Part shown: positions 1-8,334 of the stretch, piece by piece
How positions within the stretch are numbered: the stretch's first letter is position 1
Layout of the letters: each line of letters starts with the position of its first letter
Notes under the pieces: model-generated
Seen by the model: the letters and a program-made list of their open reading frames with translations, nothing else
The model's database searches: none
Told to the model about the DNA's origin: nothing
Translations under genes and position numbers: made by a program
NCBI GenBank assembly: GCA_043808785.1
Contig: JAZDEL010000010.1
Span: 120,001-152,000 of the forward strand
Source: Candidatus Iainarchaeum sp.
GTDB taxonomy: Archaea > Iainarchaeota > Iainarchaeia > Iainarchaeales > JAZDEL01
DNA: 32,000 nt
Reading direction: 5' to 3'

Positions 1-35
1 ATGCAAACTTCGGCTTTTAGGCGGGCGGTTTTCCC

Positions 36-212
36 TTACCCTTCCTTCTTCTTCGGCCGCATTATTTCGCTGTCGGGGCCCCTCGGGATTCCCCTGCCCT
101 TTAAAGTGTCGAGCCCCGAAGCCTGGAACTTATCCCTGCACTTCTGCGAGCAGAAAACAGAATCATCCTTTACTTCAAATATCATTCCGCAGCGCGGGCA
201 CATTTTCTTCAT
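36..212 (-). CDS. Small zinc-ribbon protein (58 aa), shorter than the ORF-track cutoff
   Basis: Hand translation of the minus strand: ATG at 210-212, TAA at 36-38. Product is MKKMCPRCGMIFEVKDDSVFCSQKCRDKFQASGLDTLKGRGIPRGPDSEIMRPKKKEG. It has a CxxC-x12-CxxxC pattern with an FCS-type second half (TRASH/zf-FCS-like) and a basic tail. It competes with the antisense track ORF 1..261. Confidence 0.45.
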   Translation of the reverse strand: MKKMCPRCGMIFEVKDDSVFCSQKCRDKFQASGLDTLKGRGIPRGPDSEIMRPKKKEG

Positions 213-292
213 GAATACACCCCCACGTAACTATGGAAAAAATAGGTTAGGAACTGATTAAATAACCCGTCTTTGCGGGGTTTTGCATGGTT

Positions 293-380
293 GCAAAAAA
301 CAAAAATCCGCAGGCGGATTCCGCGGTTTGCGGAAAACAAAAACAACCCGCCAACGCGGGTTCGCGGTTGTTGTTTTGTG
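293..380 (-). terminator. Tandem hairpin plus T-run terminator-like elements downstream of the pyrophosphatase gene
   Basis: On the minus strand, just after the stop at 385-387: hairpin AACCCGC-GTTG-GCGGGTT (345-362) followed by GTTTTTGTTTT, then hairpin ATCCGCCTGCGGAT (306-319) followed by TTTTGTTTTTTG. Confidence 0.45.
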
Positions 381-384
381 CGGC

Positions 385-2427
385 TTATAGGAACAGCGGC
401 AGCAAAACCAGTGTTATCGTGCCCAGAAGCTTTATCAGCACGTGCAGGCTCGGCCCTGCCGTGTCCTTGAGCGGGTCCCCAACAGTGTCACCCGTTACCG
501 CAGCCTTGTGCGCGTCAGAGCCCTTTCCGCCGAAATGCCCTTCCTCGATATACTTCTTTGCGTTGTCCATCGCCCCCCCGCCGTTGTTCATGAACAGCGC
601 GGTAATTATTCCCGTAATCGTGCCCACCATCAGGAACGCGCCTATTGCCTCCGCCTTCAGCAGCATCCCGACGGCAACCGTTGTAGCGACAACAAGCACA
701 CCCGGCAGGACCATTTCCTTCAGGGAAGCGCTTACGCATATATCGACGCACCTTGCATAATCCGGCTTTTGTTTGCCCTTCATTATGCCCGGCATCTCCT
801 TGAACTGCCTCCTGACCTCGTTCACGATGGAGTATGCCGTCTTCCCCACGGCCCTTATCGCAAGCGAACTGAACATGAAAATCAGCGCAGCGCCCAGCAG
901 TGCGCCGACAAACACGGGCACCTTTGAGATGTCAATTGACGGCAGTTTTGCGTCGACCATGAACGCCGAAAACAGCAGGAACGCGGCAAGCCCCGCGGAC
1001 CCTACGGCGTAACCCTTTGTCAGCGCCTTTGTCGTGTTCCCGACGGCATCAAGCCTGTCGGTAATCTTCCTCACTTTCTCGGGCTGGCCCGACATCTCGA
1101 CTATACCGCCCGCGTTGTCCGTAATCGGCCCGAAAGTGTCCATCGAAAGTATGTATGCGGCAGTCGAGAGCATGCCCATTGTCGCTACGGCGGTTCCGAA
1201 AAGCCCGCCCTGCGCAACCCCGCTCCATTCCCCGAGCATGAAAGACGCAATAAGCGCCGCCCCGAGCACAACCGCGGGCAGTGCCGTGCTCTCAAGCCCC
1301 ACCGCAATTCCCGAAATTATGTTTGTCGCGTGCCCTGTCCTCGATGCCTCCGCAATTGTCTTGACAGGCCTGTATCTCCTTTCTGTGTAATAAACCGTAA
1401 TCCACACGAACAGGATTGATGCGATTATGCCCACGCACCCCGCATAGAAGAAAAATATGTTCCCGAGCAGCACCTCGGTTGCCATGTAAAGCCCCACAAC
1501 CGCAAGCGCGGCGGTTACGTAATATCCCCTGTTCAGCGCGTTCATCGGGTCCTCGGTTTCCCTTGCATCTACGGTAATTATCCCTATTATGGATGCGACA
1601 AGCCCGACAGCCCTTGCCACGAGCGGGAAAAGAATTCCGTTCAGGCCGAATACGGGGTACAGTGCAACCCCCAAAATCATTGCACCAATGTTCTCCGCTG
1701 CCGTGCTTTCAAACAGGTCAGCGCCCCTGCCTGCGCAGTCCCCGACATTGTCCCCCACCAAATCCGCAATTACCGCGGGGTTCCGAGGGTCGTCCTCGGG
1801 TATTCCCGCCTCAATCTTCCCGACCAAATCCGCGCCGACATCCGCGGCCTTTGTGTAAATTCCGCCTCCCAATTGCGCGAACAGCGCAACAAAGCTCGCA
1901 CCGAAACCGTAACCCACAATCACGAACGGCAGTTCCTCCGCGGTGAGCCCGAATATCGCCTGATAAGCGACATATATTACGGTTATTCCGAGCAGGGACA
2001 TTGCAACTATGGTTATTGCCGAAACCCCGCCCGCGCGCAGTGCAATCCTGAGCGCCTCCCTCATGCTCCTTGTCGAGGCTGAAGCTGTGCGTATGTTCGC
2101 CCTTATCGAAATCCACATTCCTATAATTCCCGCAAGCCCCGAGGAGAGCGCACCGAAAATAAACGCAACAGATGTCTGCAGGCCGAGCCTTTCCAGCCCT
2201 ATGAGGAAATACGCCCCGAACATCAGCACCGCAAAAGCGAGAGTAAGAAGCGCAATTGTGACATACTGCCTTTTTATGAACGCGTTCGCCCCTTCGGCAA
2301 TCGCGTCGCTTATTACGCGCATCTTTTCGGTGCCAGTGTCCTTCGCCAGCACCCAGCGCGCGAGTATAAATGAAACTATAAGCGCCAGAATCGAGATTGC
2401 GAACACGAAGATTATAAGGTTTGACAT
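385..2427 (-). CDS. hppA: Membrane-bound proton-translocating inorganic pyrophosphatase, K+-independent type
   Basis: 680 aa polytopic protein with the diagnostic motifs GGIYTKAADVGADLVGK, DNVGDCAGRGADLFES and GDTVGDPLKDTAGPSL. GNTTKALTKGYAVGSA carries Lys at the A/K switch position that marks K+-independent enzymes. Confidence 0.95.
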   Translation of the reverse strand: MSNLIIFVFAISILALIVSFILARWVLAKDTGTEKMRVISDAIAEGANAFIKRQYVTIALLTLAFAVLMFGAYFLIGLERLGLQTSVAFIFGALSSGLAGIIGMWISIRANIRTASASTRSMREALRIALRAGGVSAITIVAMSLLGITVIYVAYQAIFGLTAEELPFVIVGYGFGASFVALFAQLGGGIYTKAADVGADLVGKIEAGIPEDDPRNPAVIADLVGDNVGDCAGRGADLFESTAAENIGAMILGVALYPVFGLNGILFPLVARAVGLVASIIGIITVDARETEDPMNALNRGYYVTAALAVVGLYMATEVLLGNIFFFYAGCVGIIASILFVWITVYYTERRYRPVKTIAEASRTGHATNIISGIAVGLESTALPAVVLGAALIASFMLGEWSGVAQGGLFGTAVATMGMLSTAAYILSMDTFGPITDNAGGIVEMSGQPEKVRKITDRLDAVGNTTKALTKGYAVGSAGLAAFLLFSAFMVDAKLPSIDISKVPVFVGALLGAALIFMFSSLAIRAVGKTAYSIVNEVRRQFKEMPGIMKGKQKPDYARCVDICVSASLKEMVLPGVLVVATTVAVGMLLKAEAIGAFLMVGTITGIITALFMNNGGGAMDNAKKYIEEGHFGGKGSDAHKAAVTGDTVGDPLKDTAGPSLHVLIKLLGTITLVLLPLFL

Positions 2428-2447
2428 GTTTCTAATTTTTCCTCGGG

Positions 2448-2463
2448 AAGGTATATATACCTT
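2448..2463 (-). promoter_or_regulatory. Palindromic TATA box for hppA
   Basis: AAGGTATATATACCTT is centred about 28 nt upstream of the ATG at 2425-2427, consistent with a leaderless archaeal promoter. Confidence 0.45.
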
Positions 2464-2604
2464 GCGGTCGGTTCGGGGGGTTTTAAGGTCGAATTGGCGG
2501 CTTGCTGGCTGTTTTGGGGGGTTAAGTGCGGGCGCTGGCGACGGGGGGTTTTGGGTGTGTGCTTTGACGCGCCGTAGGCGCGGCGGTTTAAGGGCGTGCC
2601 CGAT

Positions 2605-2663
2605 GCGTTACAAAAATGTTACGAAAATGGGGGTTTGCGTTACATTAACGTAACGCTTTTAAA
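2605..2663 (+). promoter_or_regulatory. GCGTTAC repeat/inverted-repeat cluster abutting the TATA box of the AAA ATPase gene
   Basis: GCGTTAC at 2605-2611, GTTACG at 2618-2623, then a perfect inverted repeat GCGTTAC-ATTAAC-GTAACGC (2637-2656). TTTTAAA follows directly at 2657-2663, about 26 nt upstream of the ATG at 2686. Confidence 0.4.
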
Positions 2664-2685
2664 CTGTTGTGCGGATACAGTGCTT

Positions 2686-3867
2686 ATGGACAACGATGCC
2701 ATAGTGACAAAAGCCCTTGAGAACCATTCGGAAAACATGAAGAAAATCGGGGAGTTTGCCAAGCAGAGGTCGGCATTCCCCGCGCTCCTCAAAATAATAA
2801 AGGAAAGGGAGTATTGCCTCGGCATCACGGGGCTCAGGGGCATAGGAAAAACAATACTCCTCCTCCAGCTTGCGAAGGCAAGCAACGGCACGTACTTTTC
2901 CGCGGATGACAGGAGCCTGAGGGGCACGGATTTATACGACATAGTCAGGGCACTTGCCGAAGCCGGGCATTCAAGCATATTCATCGATGAAATCCACACA
3001 AAGCCGAACTGGGACAGCGACCTGAAATCCATATATGACGAGGGGCTGGCGCACGTCGCATTTTCTGGCTCTTCCTCAATCAAGCTCAAGGCATTGAAGT
3101 CCGACCTCTCGAGAAGGGTTGTGATAGAGCATTTGAAGCCCGCAAGCTTCAGGGAATGGCTGCACATAAAGAAAAATACGGAGTTGCCCGCAATTAGCAT
3201 GGATAAAGCCATAAGGGAGAAAGCAAGCCTTGCAAGGGAGTTCGGCTTTGCCCACAGGCACTTGGCTGAATATTACAGGCACGGCGGCGTCCTCTATGGC
3301 GCAAAAACCTACTTCCACAAAACCATAATATCCACTATTGAAACAATCGCGGCAAAGGACCTCTCCGCAATAAGGGAAGTAGATGCCGACATCGAGGAGG
3401 GCTTCTTCAAGCTCCTTTACCTTATAGCCGCATCCAGGCCCCTTGAATTGAGCTACTCGAAAATAGGCGAAACCCTCGGAAAAAACAAGGTGTGGGTTAT
3501 GCGTTTCCTTTCGGAAGTGGAGAAGTCGGAGGCAATAAAGCGGGTTTTCCCCTGCGGGGAGGGGGTGAAATTCAGGAAAGAGGCAAAATATTACCTGCCG
3601 TTCCCTTACAGGAGTTCCCTGTGTGCCGCATCCGGGAGCACGCCCGACATCGGCTCGCTCAGGGAGGAATTCTTCGCAAACCATGTTGACTGCTGCTTTA
3701 TCAGGACTTCTTCGGCAGCAACAGCGGACTTCAAATGCGCGGGAAAGGTGTTCGAAATAGGCGGCGGCTCGAAGCAGAACAGGCAGAACGCGGATTTCCT
3801 CGTTGTCGACGGGCTGGACACCTCGAAAAACAAGGTGCCTTTGTTTCTTTTCGGCATGTTGCAGTGA
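2686..3867 (+). CDS. AAA-type ATPase of the COG1373-like family (P-loop N-domain, probable DUF4143-type C-domain)
   Basis: Walker A GLRGIGKT and Walker B IFIDEIH; length about 393 aa from the ATG at 2686. The track ORF starts at 2596, but the TATA at 2657-2663 favours the internal in-frame ATG. Confidence 0.75.
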   Translation: MDNDAIVTKALENHSENMKKIGEFAKQRSAFPALLKIIKEREYCLGITGLRGIGKTILLLQLAKASNGTYFSADDRSLRGTDLYDIVRALAEAGHSSIFIDEIHTKPNWDSDLKSIYDEGLAHVAFSGSSSIKLKALKSDLSRRVVIEHLKPASFREWLHIKKNTELPAISMDKAIREKASLAREFGFAHRHLAEYYRHGGVLYGAKTYFHKTIISTIETIAAKDLSAIREVDADIEEGFFKLLYLIAASRPLELSYSKIGETLGKNKVWVMRFLSEVEKSEAIKRVFPCGEGVKFRKEAKYYLPFPYRSSLCAASGSTPDIGSLREEFFANHVDCCFIRTSSAATADFKCAGKVFEIGGGSKQNRQNADFLVVDGLDTSKNKVPLFLFGMLQ

Positions 3868-3899
3868 TTGCTTCGGGAAGGCTGCAGGTTTGCCCTAAT

Positions 3900-4796
3900 T
3901 TACTGCCGCCTGTAGAACATGAAATAGGCAATCAGCCCCAGCAGCACAGCCGCCCCTACTAACACAAGGAACCAGTCCGTGCCTTGTTCCGCAGCTTGTT
4001 CGCCCTGCGCAGGCTGCGGCATCACAGTTCCCGCGCTTGGGCAATCCTGCGGGCAGTTCTGCGCATTTTCCCCCGCATCGCACATATGATTGCCGTTGCA
4101 CCTTGAGGCTGAGGGAATTTCGGCGTGCTTTTCGATTACCGCGAACTGGAATGATTTTTGCATTGTTTTGTAGCCTGATTTTTTTGCTGTTGCCGTTAAT
4201 TCATAGCTGCCCAGCCCAAGTTCATCCGCAGCAATTGAACCAGGCAGGCTTATCTTTTTTGTTGTTCCGTCAGGCAAAAGAAGTTCGGCACTTACAACGG
4301 GTTCCGTTGCTTCGGATTCAAAACCGAAATAGATTGTTTCATCTGGCGTGAAAAAACTTGATTTGCCGTTGCAGCCCTGGTCTGCGCAGGAGAAGATTTC
4401 AAACCTGAAACTTGGGGCGGTTTCAATCCTGAATTTCTTTTTCCCCCTTGCCTGTTCGGGGCTTTTGACTTCCACAGAGGCAACGCATTCCTGGGGCTCG
4501 AGGGAATCATCTACCTGAATTCCCGAATAGGTGCCTGAATATGCCTTTCCTGCGATTAAGGTTGCGGTTTCCTCATTCAGGGGGGCATTCGGGGCGTTGG
4601 GGCACTTGACCTGCGGGACAAAAATAACCTCTGTCCCGTAGCCAGAGGAAATCGAATAATTGAAGGTGATTTTCTCGCCGCTGGAGAACGAATCGTCGAC
4701 ATTAACCGCCACATCTATTCCCGCACTTGCGGACGGCACAAATAAAAGTACCGCTAGCAAAGCAAAAATTCCCTTCGCCAGTTTACTGCGTTTCAT
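3900..4796 (-). CDS. Cassette 1, gene 3: secreted Ig-like/beta-sandwich protein with Cys-rich mini-module and C-terminal TM anchor
   Basis: Sec-type signal peptide MKRSKLAKGIFALLAVLLFVPSASA, then two beta-rich modules. CNGNHMCDAGENAQNCPQDCP lies at 4038-4100, followed by a P/Q/A linker, a hydrophobic helix WFLVLVGAAVLLGLIAYFMF and the basic tail YRRQ. Its start overlaps the upstream stop (ATGA at 4793-4796). Confidence 0.8.
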   Translation of the reverse strand: MKRSKLAKGIFALLAVLLFVPSASAGIDVAVNVDDSFSSGEKITFNYSISSGYGTEVIFVPQVKCPNAPNAPLNEETATLIAGKAYSGTYSGIQVDDSLEPQECVASVEVKSPEQARGKKKFRIETAPSFRFEIFSCADQGCNGKSSFFTPDETIYFGFESEATEPVVSAELLLPDGTTKKISLPGSIAADELGLGSYELTATAKKSGYKTMQKSFQFAVIEKHAEIPSASRCNGNHMCDAGENAQNCPQDCPSAGTVMPQPAQGEQAAEQGTDWFLVLVGAAVLLGLIAYFMFYRRQ

Positions 4797-7700
4797 CTTG
4801 CAATCTCCCCCCTGAACCTGTCATTTGTGTAATTCTGCTGGATAAAATCCACGCCTTCCGGCAAGGTAAACCAGATGGTAACCGTATATCTGTACTTACC
4901 GGAAAGATTCCCCCCCAGTATGTCGACTGAAAAATGTTTGGCCTCGCCCGGCGCCAGCGATATTGCCACGTTTTCTTCCCCCTCAATTTTAGTGGAAACC
5001 ATGACCGTAACATACCCCAATGTTACAACAGCATCTTTATTCCCGATATTCATTATGTCAAATGTTACGGAATCCCCCGAAATTCCAGGATTTTTTATGG
5101 CAAGGTCCGGGGCTTCGGAATAAAGCCCTATGTCAAAATCGTAATCCGTGAATCCTGAGTCGTTTGCGGTTGTGAAATACTCTTTTCCATACTCGTCAAG
5201 TTTTGAAACCCACAAATATTTCCTGCCTTCGGCGAGTTCGTGGTCAATCTGCCAGCCTTTCGAAACCGCAACAGGCTCGAAATCCTGCGGCGCCTCAAGC
5301 CTTGCAGTAAAGTTTTCGTTCCCCCCTACATCGGATGCCGTGGTGAAATAGCGCGGCTCTTTGCACTGGTCTGGGTAATACTCGCAGAGTTCGGCTATGT
5401 TTTGGGGCAGGTCCATCCGCATTGCGGGAACAGTTAGCCTGTAGTTTTTGCCGCCGCTTGCGTCGCTTATAAACTCCATGCGCGCTTCAGGCAAAGTGTG
5501 AACCGTTCTCAGCTTAATTGTAGGATCGCCGATTAGGAGGAACCATGCCGAATAATTGTCCTCAATAGTGCTGTCCCCAAGCGTTGCGGCATCCAGGACG
5601 ATTCCCGCGTTTTTTGAATTCCTGAATGCCTCCCCTATGGTCGAGCCGTTTGCAAAAATCTCTACAACCTGCCCCTGCATGTTCACCCCGCCCGAGCTGT
5701 CTGTTGCGCCTATGTAGCCTATCGCGCCCTGCCTTATTGCGTTCGCACAAAAGCTGCCTTTGATGAAAGAATATTTAAATGCGCAAGTTGCGCAAGCGCT
5801 TGTTGTTATGAAGGAGTTGTCCAGATAAGGTATCTCATTTGAGTATATGCCCGCCCAGGAGAGGTCGCCGTGGTCCTTGTAGGCCACGAAAAATTTATCC
5901 TTCCAGTGCTCCGGCTTCATCGGGGGGTCGGATGTGCCCGGGCTTCCTATGCCTTCAGGTATTGCAGTCGCGGCATATCCTGCAGATGACATTACTTTCC
6001 CGAAGGCGTATACATCCGCAGGGGCGTCTCCGCATGCCCTGCCCATTGTGATAAGTTGGTTCTCCTCGCTTTGCAGTGTTTCATCGTAAAACATGCTTCT
6101 CGCAACATATGCGGACGTGTCGGCCACGGTCACGCCGAAAATCCTGCCGACAGCAAGGTCAAGGAGCGGGTCGCCGTCATTGGTTTTTGAATAAAACCAC
6201 GCATCCGCGGCATAATACTCGGGAACATAGCCGCCGTTGCTGCCGTCATAATCCATATCTATTGCGTTGGGGCTTACCACTATGGTGAGATATTCAAAAT
6301 CCGACCCCAGCGCCCCTATTGAGGAGTCTATGAAATAATCCACGTTCATATAGTTGCTTAAGCGTGTGCTCAATATCAGTTCGTGTTTTGCGGACGCCAG
6401 GAAGGGCGCGGCAAGGGAGTTCCTGCTGTAAATTTCGTAGATGTAGGTGTTGCCATATGTGCCGTAGCCATCGGAATCGCCGAGGGCTTCTTTAATGTTC
6501 AGGTCATCCGGGTTTACAAGGATTAGTTTATTTGTGTTTGTCAGTTCCGCATATTTTTTCTGCATCTCCTCGATGGAGTATTGCTCGCTTCCCTTCGCAT
6601 CCGAGTTGATATAGTTTTGGGTTGCCGAATCCAGCCCGCCAACAATTATAACGTGCCTGCCGCCGATAACGTTCTTGTACTCATCCAGATTGCCCCCGTT
6701 CACAAAAATTACGGGGGCATTGAGGTATGAGGCATAAACCGAGGCAAGCAGTGCAGCCTCATAATCGTCATAATCAGCGAGCACTACAGTATCAAAAGCC
6801 TTCCAGTATGAGAAATAATCCGCAGGCGAGATTCTTTGCACCTGCCCTTCCGTAAGCCCTGCGCCGTACTCCGACTCCAGCAGCAGGAGATTATCGAGGT
6901 CTTGCGAGGTTTCGCCGACTATTGTGAGCCTTTGGGGCGGGTATTGCCTCATAAAATGCAGGGCTGATTCCGCGTCAAATGCTTCCGGCTCCTGATGGTA
7001 AATCATGGCTGGGTTTTTGTGCACTTCCTCCCCTTCCGTCCAGATTGATACTGGCACAAGCTGCAGAACATCGTGCCAGTCAGCATCGGAAACAAGGAAC
7101 ACTTCCTTCTCAGAATATTTGCTCATCAGTTTTTCGTTGTGTCCCGTTTCCCCGCCGCCGCCCGTGTATTCCCCCTCTCCAAAAATAAGATAGCCGCCAT
7201 CAGGGAAAGTGCACAGCGCATCAACGCTGTCCATTCTCCCGTTGAAAAATCCGACATTATCGATGCTTGCGCGGTTGTAGTGCAGTGTCCCGCCTTTTGA
7301 AAACCATATGTCAAGTTCGCGGTTGTCGTTCACAAGCCAGATAAACTGGTTATTGCCTGCGGCATCCTTGTAGAATGTTACCGCATCCGCAGAGGATGGG
7401 CATTTCTCCAAGCCCGCGCACTGTGCTGCGGCAATTTCGCTTATATTATAGGGCGTGTCGCTGATTTTGCCGTCCTTTATTATCCATGCCTTGCTGCCGG
7501 ATGTTATTTCATATCCATTAATGGAAGGAACATACGTGAAAGCATCTATCGGGCCGTCTATCTGCGGATAGAGTTTGGAAATAAGCCCCTGCTCCCAGCG
7601 CCTCTGCCCGATGTTCCAGCCGAAAACAGTATCTGTGCTGTTTTCAAAGTATAGCATGTATGTGGGGGTCAGGGCGCATGCATCAATTTTGTTTGGCGTG

Positions 7701-7843
7701 TTCTCTTTCAGCCCTACCGCATAAAAAAGGTCGTGCGTGTTCGGCGCCTGCACCTCTCCCTTATATGCCACAACCTGTTCGGCAAATGCGGGCGATGCAA
7801 AGAGAATGAAAAATGCAAAAAGCGCGAGCGCACAGCGGTTCAT
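4793..7843 (-). CDS. Cassette 1, gene 2: large secreted multidomain protein with C25-like (clan CD) cysteine peptidase core
   Basis: Signal peptide ending AFA-EQ, then four ~50-aa repeats opening with IDAC/IDAF/ADAV/VDAL (hemopexin-like). Two alpha/beta modules follow that resemble CWB2-type repeats (VVLADYDDYEAALLASVYASYLNAPVIFV...VIIVGG). C25-like signatures: DAWFYSKTNDGDPLLDLAVGRIFGVT, putative His in YKDHGD (5870-5872), putative Cys in TTSACATC (5792-5794), and GAIGYIGATDSS. The C-terminus has a CARDB-like module (APDLAIKNPGISGDSVTFDIMNIGNKDAVV). No C-terminal anchor. Confidence 0.8.
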   Translation of the reverse strand: MNRCALALFAFFILFASPAFAEQVVAYKGEVQAPNTHDLFYAVGLKENTPNKIDACALTPTYMLYFENSTDTVFGWNIGQRRWEQGLISKLYPQIDGPIDAFTYVPSINGYEITSGSKAWIIKDGKISDTPYNISEIAAAQCAGLEKCPSSADAVTFYKDAAGNNQFIWLVNDNRELDIWFSKGGTLHYNRASIDNVGFFNGRMDSVDALCTFPDGGYLIFGEGEYTGGGGETGHNEKLMSKYSEKEVFLVSDADWHDVLQLVPVSIWTEGEEVHKNPAMIYHQEPEAFDAESALHFMRQYPPQRLTIVGETSQDLDNLLLLESEYGAGLTEGQVQRISPADYFSYWKAFDTVVLADYDDYEAALLASVYASYLNAPVIFVNGGNLDEYKNVIGGRHVIIVGGLDSATQNYINSDAKGSEQYSIEEMQKKYAELTNTNKLILVNPDDLNIKEALGDSDGYGTYGNTYIYEIYSRNSLAAPFLASAKHELILSTRLSNYMNVDYFIDSSIGALGSDFEYLTIVVSPNAIDMDYDGSNGGYVPEYYAADAWFYSKTNDGDPLLDLAVGRIFGVTVADTSAYVARSMFYDETLQSEENQLITMGRACGDAPADVYAFGKVMSSAGYAATAIPEGIGSPGTSDPPMKPEHWKDKFFVAYKDHGDLSWAGIYSNEIPYLDNSFITTSACATCAFKYSFIKGSFCANAIRQGAIGYIGATDSSGGVNMQGQVVEIFANGSTIGEAFRNSKNAGIVLDAATLGDSTIEDNYSAWFLLIGDPTIKLRTVHTLPEARMEFISDASGGKNYRLTVPAMRMDLPQNIAELCEYYPDQCKEPRYFTTASDVGGNENFTARLEAPQDFEPVAVSKGWQIDHELAEGRKYLWVSKLDEYGKEYFTTANDSGFTDYDFDIGLYSEAPDLAIKNPGISGDSVTFDIMNIGNKDAVVTLGYVTVMVSTKIEGEENVAISLAPGEAKHFSVDILGGNLSGKYRYTVTIWFTLPEGVDFIQQNYTNDRFRGEIAR

Positions 7844-8298
7844 TGCGTTTTCACCTCATAAAAAGCTTCTATGAAATAGTCCCCGCCCTGATTGAATGTG
7901 AATGATGCACTGCTGCCTCCGTTCCCCCCGCCGTTGCCGTTTCCGTTGCCCGAACCGCCATCGCCGTTTCCGCTGCCGTTCCCGGTCCCGTCTGAGACGC
8001 CGCCTGCAGGTGGCGTAAATACTCCTGTAGCGAGCCCGCTCAGGTCCGCAGTTACTGTCGGCGCGCCGATTTTTCCCGCATCAAGTTTGGCAACAGTTCC
8101 AGGCCCGCCAAGCGCAATGCCTGCCTCCTCCTTAATCTTCGCAACCCCGCCCTCGGCAGCGGCATTAACCTCGCTCCCCGCACTTTTCGAGGTCTGCATA
8201 ATAAGAAGTATCGCAATCACGGCAACAAGCACAACCCCGCCTATGAGAAGCAGGTATTCCATCGAGCCTTGGGCGCGGCTGTTTCTGGCTTGTGGCAT
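7840..8298 (-). CDS. Cassette 1, gene 1: archaeal type IV pilin-like protein with class III signal peptide
   Basis: MPQARNSRA-QGSMEYLLLIGGVVLVAVIAILLI. Cleavage before QGSMEY would leave Q+1 and E+5 ahead of the hydrophobic helix. A Gly/Asn-rich low-complexity tract lies near the C-terminus. The track start at 8316 is a TTG; the ATG at 8296-8298 fits the TATA spacing. The stop overlaps the next gene start (7840-7843). Confidence 0.8.
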   Translation of the reverse strand: MPQARNSRAQGSMEYLLLIGGVVLVAVIAILLIMQTSKSAGSEVNAAAEGGVAKIKEEAGIALGGPGTVAKLDAGKIGAPTVTADLSGLATGVFTPPAGGVSDGTGNGSGNGDGGSGNGNGNGGGNGGSSASFTFNQGGDYFIEAFYEVKTQ

Positions 8299-8322
8299 TC
8301 GATAATAGTAACGCAAAGGTTG

Positions 8323-8334
8323 TTTATAATTATT
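8323..8334 (-). promoter_or_regulatory. TATA box of cassette 1 operon
   Basis: The minus strand reads AATAATTATAAA, centred about 30 nt upstream of the ATG at 8298. The core AATAATTATA is conserved at the equivalent position of cassette 2 (20045-20056). Confidence 0.5.

Noticed and set aside
1-261. 86-aa plus-strand ORF at the window edge
   Set aside because: Its composition is unconvincing. The opposite strand holds a well-formed small zinc-ribbon ORF with proper start and stop codons.
2009-2653. 214-aa plus-strand ORF, plus the other plus-strand ORFs inside 385-2427
   Set aside because: They are antisense to the pyrophosphatase gene, which is identified with high confidence.
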